A DNA stretch of 64,000 bases. Source: Alphaproteobacteria bacterium. Its GTDB lineage: Bacteria; Pseudomonadota; Alphaproteobacteria; SP197. Both the position numbers and the translations under genes were made by a program. Below, piece by piece: positions 61,462-64,000 of this stretch. The number at the start of each line of letters is the position of its first letter. Positions within the stretch are counted from its first letter, which is position 1. The stretch lies in assembly GCA_964291265.2 (NCBI GenBank), contig OZ219747.1, positions 1,216,001 through 1,280,000 on the forward strand, in the 5' to 3' direction. The notes under the pieces were generated by a model, which was not told the DNA's origin, did no database searches, and was given only the letters and a program-made list of their open reading frames with translations.

Positions 61462-63798
61462 CTAGTCATCGCCAGGCGGCGGATTCGCGAGAACCTGCCG
61501 CTTCCCGACGTGATTGGCGGCACTGACCACACCGTTCTTCTCCATCTGTTCGATGATCGAGGCGGCACGGTTGTAACCGATCTGCAGGTGGCGCTGGATG
61601 AAACTGGTTGATGCCTTCTGTTCCTTCGTCACGATGAAGACGGCGCGGTCGTAGAGCGCCCGGTTCTTGTCGGGTGCTCCGCCAGCCGCCATGTCCGACA
61701 GGGTATCGACGGCCTCCGGGGGTTCCTCCGTGACGGAGTCGAGGTACTCGGGCCCGCCTTGCGCATGCAGGTAGGCGACAACCTCGCGTACCTCCTCGTC
61801 GCTGACGAAGGGGCCGTGAATGCGCGTCAGCCGGCCTCCGCCGCGCAGGAACAGCATGTCGCCCTTGCCGAGCAATTGTTCGGCGCCCTGGTCACCGATG
61901 ATCGTGCGGCTGTCGATCTTGGAGGTGACGTTGAACGACACCCGGCACGGGAAGTTGGCCTTGATGGTGCCTGTGATGACATCCACGGAAGGCCGCTGGG
62001 TGGCCATGATGAGGTGGATGCCGGCGGCCCGCGCCATCTGCGACAGGCGCTGGATGGCGCCCTCGATGTCGCGGCCCGCCACCAGCATGAGATCCGCCAT
62101 CTCGTCCACCACGACGACGATGAAGGGCAGGGGGCTGTCGGCAATGATCTCCTCCTCGAAACACGGATCACCGGTTCTTGCGTCGAATCCGGTCTGCACG
62201 GTCCGTGTCAGGGCGGTGCCTTCCGCGAGCGCCGCGGCGACACGGGCGTTGAAGCCCTCGATGTTGCGCACCCCGATCTTCTGCATGCCCCGGTAGCGTC
62301 TCTCCATTTCGCCGACCACCCACTTCAGGGCCATGACCGCCTTGTGCGGTTCGGTGACCACCGGTGCGAGAAGGTGCGGAATGTCGTCGTAGACCGAGAG
62401 TTCCAGCATCTTCGGATCGATCAGGATGAGCCGGCACTCGTCCGGAGAAAGCCTGTAGAGGAGGGACAGGATCATGGCATTGACCGCCACCGACTTGCCG
62501 GACCCGGTGGTTCCGGCCACCAGCAGGTGAGGCATGTCGGCAAGATCCTCGATCACCGGGGCGCCCGAAATCTGCTTGCCCAGGGCGATCGGCAACCTGG
62601 CGTCCTTCCTGGCGAAGTCGCGGGTTTCCAGGAGCTCGCGCAGAACCACCATCTCGCGGTCGTCGTTGGGGAGTTCTATGCCGAGCACCGTGCGTCCGGG
62701 AACCACGGCTACGCGGGCCGACACCGCAGACATGTTCCGTGCGATGTCGTCGGCCAGCCCTATGATGCGGCTGGCGCGTATGCCTGCATCGGGTTCGAGC
62801 TCGTAGAGTGTCACCACCGGGCCCGTGCGCACATCTTCAATGTGACCGCGGATGCCGAAGTCCGACAGCACCTCTTCAAGCCTCCGCGCCTTCTCGACCA
62901 GTGCGTTCCTGCTGACCTCGCGTCGCATGGAGGAATCGACATTGACCAGGAGTTCGCGGGGAGGAAGCCGGAAGGTCCCGTCTTGGCGCAGGTCCTTGCG
63001 CGGCGCCGGTTGCCGGTTGTCGGCGGATTTCCGGCGGCTGGCCGATCCGGAACCCTTCTTGCGGGGCTTCTTCGGGCTCGGGCGCCGCGACAGGTCCCCC
63101 CTGGGCATGGGGAAGTCGGGGATCGCATCACTGCGGGTTGCCGGCTTGTGTCTGCCGGCGCGCCACAGCGCGATCCGGTGTTTCAGCCGCCTCGGACCGC
63201 GCACCGCGGCACGGCACAATCGCCAGCCCAGCCTGACATCGGCCCACGGAACAGCTGCCGCGAACACCAGGGCGGCCAGCGCCGGCACATGGAGCGCCTG
63301 AGCATAGCCCTCCACCATGGCGAGGGAGGTTCCGAGCGTCTGCGCGGCCCAGGTCACCGCCAGGGTGCCGCCGATGCCGCCCGCACCGGCAGTGAGCCAC
63401 GCGCCCACCGGCATTGCCGCAAGAGCCGGCATCCAGAGCAGCGTCGCCGCCACGGCCGCGAGGGCGCGCCAGAGGGGAAGGGACAAACGGTGACGAAAGA
63501 TGAGGGAGCGTCCCCACGCGAGCAGCACGAAGGCCGGCAGGAGTCCGGCGATCCCGGAAAATGTGAGGATGGCTTCGGCCACGGTGGCGCCCGTGGCGCC
63601 GGCATGGTTGAGCACCGGTCCGCCCGTTACGTAGTTCAGCGATGGATCGGCAGCCTCGAACGTGACGAGAGCCAGGGCGACCCAGCCGGCAACAGCGAGG
63701 CAGGCGATGCCGAGGGCTTCCTTCAGCCGTCGGTTCATCCACGCCAGCGCTGTCGGCGGGAGCAGGTTGGGAAAGAACGACACCGGTCGTGTGGTCAT
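61462..63798 (-). CDS. ftsK: DNA translocase FtsK
   Basis: N-terminal TMs; GPVVTLYE, PHLLVAGTTGSGKS, DPKMLEL, ATQRPSVDVITG, gamma domain QRHLQIGYNRAA. Confidence 0.96.
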   Translation of the reverse strand: MTTRPVSFFPNLLPPTALAWMNRRLKEALGIACLAVAGWVALALVTFEAADPSLNYVTGGPVLNHAGATGATVAEAILTFSGIAGLLPAFVLLAWGRSLIFRHRLSLPLWRALAAVAATLLWMPALAAMPVGAWLTAGAGGIGGTLAVTWAAQTLGTSLAMVEGYAQALHVPALAALVFAAAVPWADVRLGWRLCRAAVRGPRRLKHRIALWRAGRHKPATRSDAIPDFPMPRGDLSRRPSPKKPRKKGSGSASRRKSADNRQPAPRKDLRQDGTFRLPPRELLVNVDSSMRREVSRNALVEKARRLEEVLSDFGIRGHIEDVRTGPVVTLYELEPDAGIRASRIIGLADDIARNMSAVSARVAVVPGRTVLGIELPNDDREMVVLRELLETRDFARKDARLPIALGKQISGAPVIEDLADMPHLLVAGTTGSGKSVAVNAMILSLLYRLSPDECRLILIDPKMLELSVYDDIPHLLAPVVTEPHKAVMALKWVVGEMERRYRGMQKIGVRNIEGFNARVAAALAEGTALTRTVQTGFDARTGDPCFEEEIIADSPLPFIVVVVDEMADLMLVAGRDIEGAIQRLSQMARAAGIHLIMATQRPSVDVITGTIKANFPCRVSFNVTSKIDSRTIIGDQGAEQLLGKGDMLFLRGGGRLTRIHGPFVSDEEVREVVAYLHAQGGPEYLDSVTEEPPEAVDTLSDMAAGGAPDKNRALYDRAVFIVTKEQKASTSFIQRHLQIGYNRAASIIEQMEKNGVVSAANHVGKRQVLANPPPGDD

Positions 63799-63801
63799 GA
63801 C

Positions 63802-64000
63802 TCAGTTCCCTGCTGCCAGTGTTTCCGCAAGACGGGTCAGGCCTTCCCGGGTGGAGTCGTGATCGCCGACCAGAGCCACGCGGATGTAGGGAAGGGCTTC
63901 ATTGGTGCCATCGTTCCTGTCCTCGGCAAGGAAGGCGCCGGGGAGAACCTTGACGGCCGCTTCGGCCCACAGCCTTCTTGCTGCCTCGATGCCGTTGCCG
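63802..64000 (-). CDS. Class I/II aminotransferase C-terminus (partial)
   Basis: GNGIEAARRLWAEAAVKVLPGAFLA...YIRVALV...GLTRLAETL*. Confidence 0.75.
   Translation of the reverse strand, partial: GNGIEAARRLWAEAAVKVLPGAFLAEDRNDGTNEALPYIRVALVGDHDSTREGLTRLAETLAAGN

Overview
GC-rich alphaproteobacterial chromosomal segment (Rhodospirillales/Geminicoccales-like gene content; taxonomy inferred). Housekeeping and metabolic genes (pyrE, MFS, TRAP/TAXI transporter, GMC oxidoreductase, homocysteine S-methyltransferase, nhaA, cobalamin genes cbiX/cbiB and cobU-riboswitch-cobW-cobN-cobO-cobQ, ddpX, nfuA, ftsK) are interleaved with many pseudogenes and a dense, nested set of insertion sequences. The most unusual object is a ~5 kb IS21-family element present twice in opposite orientation (19120-26543 and 41695-47020). 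Each copy has its own target-site duplication. Besides IstA/IstB it carries a Cys-rich zinc-ribbon ORF, a DUF3991/Toprim primase-like gene, a small helical ORF, iteron-like 13-mers and a strong mirror-image strand skew. Other elements are an IS66 carrying a frameshifted DNA adenine methyltransferase (inside copy 1), an IS4 transposase fused to a DUF4338/DruA-like domain, an IS1634, and an ISKra4/ISLre2-like remnant split by two later insertions. Also present are an RTX repeat protein with a G11 tract in its putative promoter spacer, a phoX with a single TGA at a Trp position, and a SWIM-SNF2 helicase with an unusual C-terminal extension. All family assignments come from motifs recognised by eye; no database searches were run.
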